A stretch of DNA of 36,730 nt, taken from NCBI GenBank assembly GCA_035627075.1, contig DASPMK010000349.1:1-36730 (forward strand), in the 5' to 3' direction. Shown here piece after piece: positions 35,963 to 36,730 of the stretch; positions within the stretch are counted from its first letter, which is position 1; every line of letters begins with the position of its first letter. The DNA comes from Azospirillaceae bacterium. GTDB taxonomy: Bacteria > Pseudomonadota > Alphaproteobacteria > Azospirillales > Azospirillaceae. Under the pieces are notes generated by a model, which worked only from the letters and a program-made list of their open reading frames with translations, searched no databases and was not told the origin of the DNA. The position numbers were made by a program, and so were the translations under genes.

Positions 35963-36730
35963 TCAGGCGCTTGGTGCGGCCTTGTACGGACGTCCGATGG
36001 ACGTGTAGCTGAAACCGGCCGCAACCATGTCCGTCGGGTTATAGATGTTCCTGAGATCCACCATAACAGGCCGCGTCAACAACTCGCGCACCCGGTCAAG
36101 CTGGAGCGCGCGGAACTCGTTCCATTCCGTGATGATGGTCACGCAATCGGCCCCCGGCATCGTCTCATAGGCATCCTGGCACCAGATCACGTCGGGCAGC
36201 ATCTTCGCCGCCTCGGGCATCCCGGCGGGATCGTAGGCCCGCACCGTCGCCCCAGCCTGCTGCAGCGCCGGGATGATGTCCAGCGACGGGCTGTCGCGCA
36301 TGTCGTCGGTGTTGGGCTTGAACGTCACCCCCAGGACCGCCACCGTCTTGCCGGCCACCGAGCCGCCGCACGCCGCGATGACGCGCTCGGCCATCTGCCT
36401 CTTGCGTTGGTCGTTGATGTCCACCACCGTCTCGATGATGCGCAGCGGGCTGCCGTAGTCGCGCGCCGTGTGGACCAGCGCCAGCGTGTCCTTGGGGAAG
36501 CACGACCCGCCGTAGCCGGGGCCGGGATGCAGGAATTTCTTGCCGATGCGCCCGTCCAGCCCGATGCCCTTGGCGACGTCGTGGACGTCGGCCCCGACCT
36601 TCTCGCACAGGTCGGCGACCTCGTTGATGAAGGTGATCTTCACCGCCAGGAAGGCGTTGGCGGCGTACTTGATCAGCTCGGCCGTCTCCAGCTCGGTCAT
36701 GACGATCGGCGTCTCGATCAGGTACAGCGG
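35963..36730 (-). CDS. ugd: UDP-glucose 6-dehydrogenase (partial; N-terminus beyond window end)
   Basis: ...ELIKYAANAFLAVKITFINE...PGPGYGGSCFPKDT...GVTFKPNTDDMRDSPS... The frame remains open to nt 36730. Confidence 0.92.
   Translation of the reverse strand, partial: PLYLIETPIVMTELETAELIKYAANAFLAVKITFINEVADLCEKVGADVHDVAKGIGLDGRIGKKFLHPGPGYGGSCFPKDTLALVHTARDYGSPLRIIETVVDINDQRKRQMAERVIAACGGSVAGKTVAVLGVTFKPNTDDMRDSPSLDIIPALQQAGATVRAYDPAGMPEAAKMLPDVIWCQDAYETMPGADCVTIITEWNEFRALQLDRVRELLTRPVMVDLRNIYNPTDMVAAGFSYTSIGRPYKAAPSA

Overview
GC-rich, alphaproteobacterium-like chromosomal window. Most of it is ordinary core sequence, with two patches of accessory or decayed DNA. Core genes in order: purQ-purL-bolA-grxD; bluB behind a cobalamin riboswitch; a LysR-linked permease / AhpD-like / enoyl-CoA hydratase cluster; clpS-clpA; two tandem phasin genes; an Anbu-type proteasome homologue; a lipoprotein; a DD-carboxypeptidase with a SPOR domain; an isochorismatase-like hydrolase; a phosphomannomutase/phosphoglucomutase; and a partial ugd. 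Accessory patch 1 (about 7738-15576) holds an IS5-family transposase stub cut by a decayed IS66-family element. That element carries a nested serine-recombinase fragment. A rhodanese-like remnant follows, then an arsR-GAPDH-arsJ-acr3 arsenic operon whose arsC has decayed. The patch ends at a palindromic repeat where a PEP-mutase-family gene is also truncated. Accessory patch 2 (about 19565-25740) holds an ECF sigma factor, an MFS transporter and a 40-codon membrane ORF, then a PadR-type regulator with arsM, an alpha/beta hydrolase and a paralogous MFS transporter. At the left end, a toxin-like gene is split by a 126-bp three-hairpin repeat whose second copy lies at 33521-33646. I found no CRISPR array, tRNA or rRNA. 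I also found no complete multi-gene system that I can call novel. The best leads are (i) the two structured repeat families, one of which looks like an insertion into an ORF; (ii) the cysteine-pair PadR regulator with repeated TGATCGATGCAT motifs around arsM; and (iii) the anti-sigma-less ECF sigma / MFS / micro-ORF unit. All family assignments come from reading the translations by eye and have not been searched against any database.
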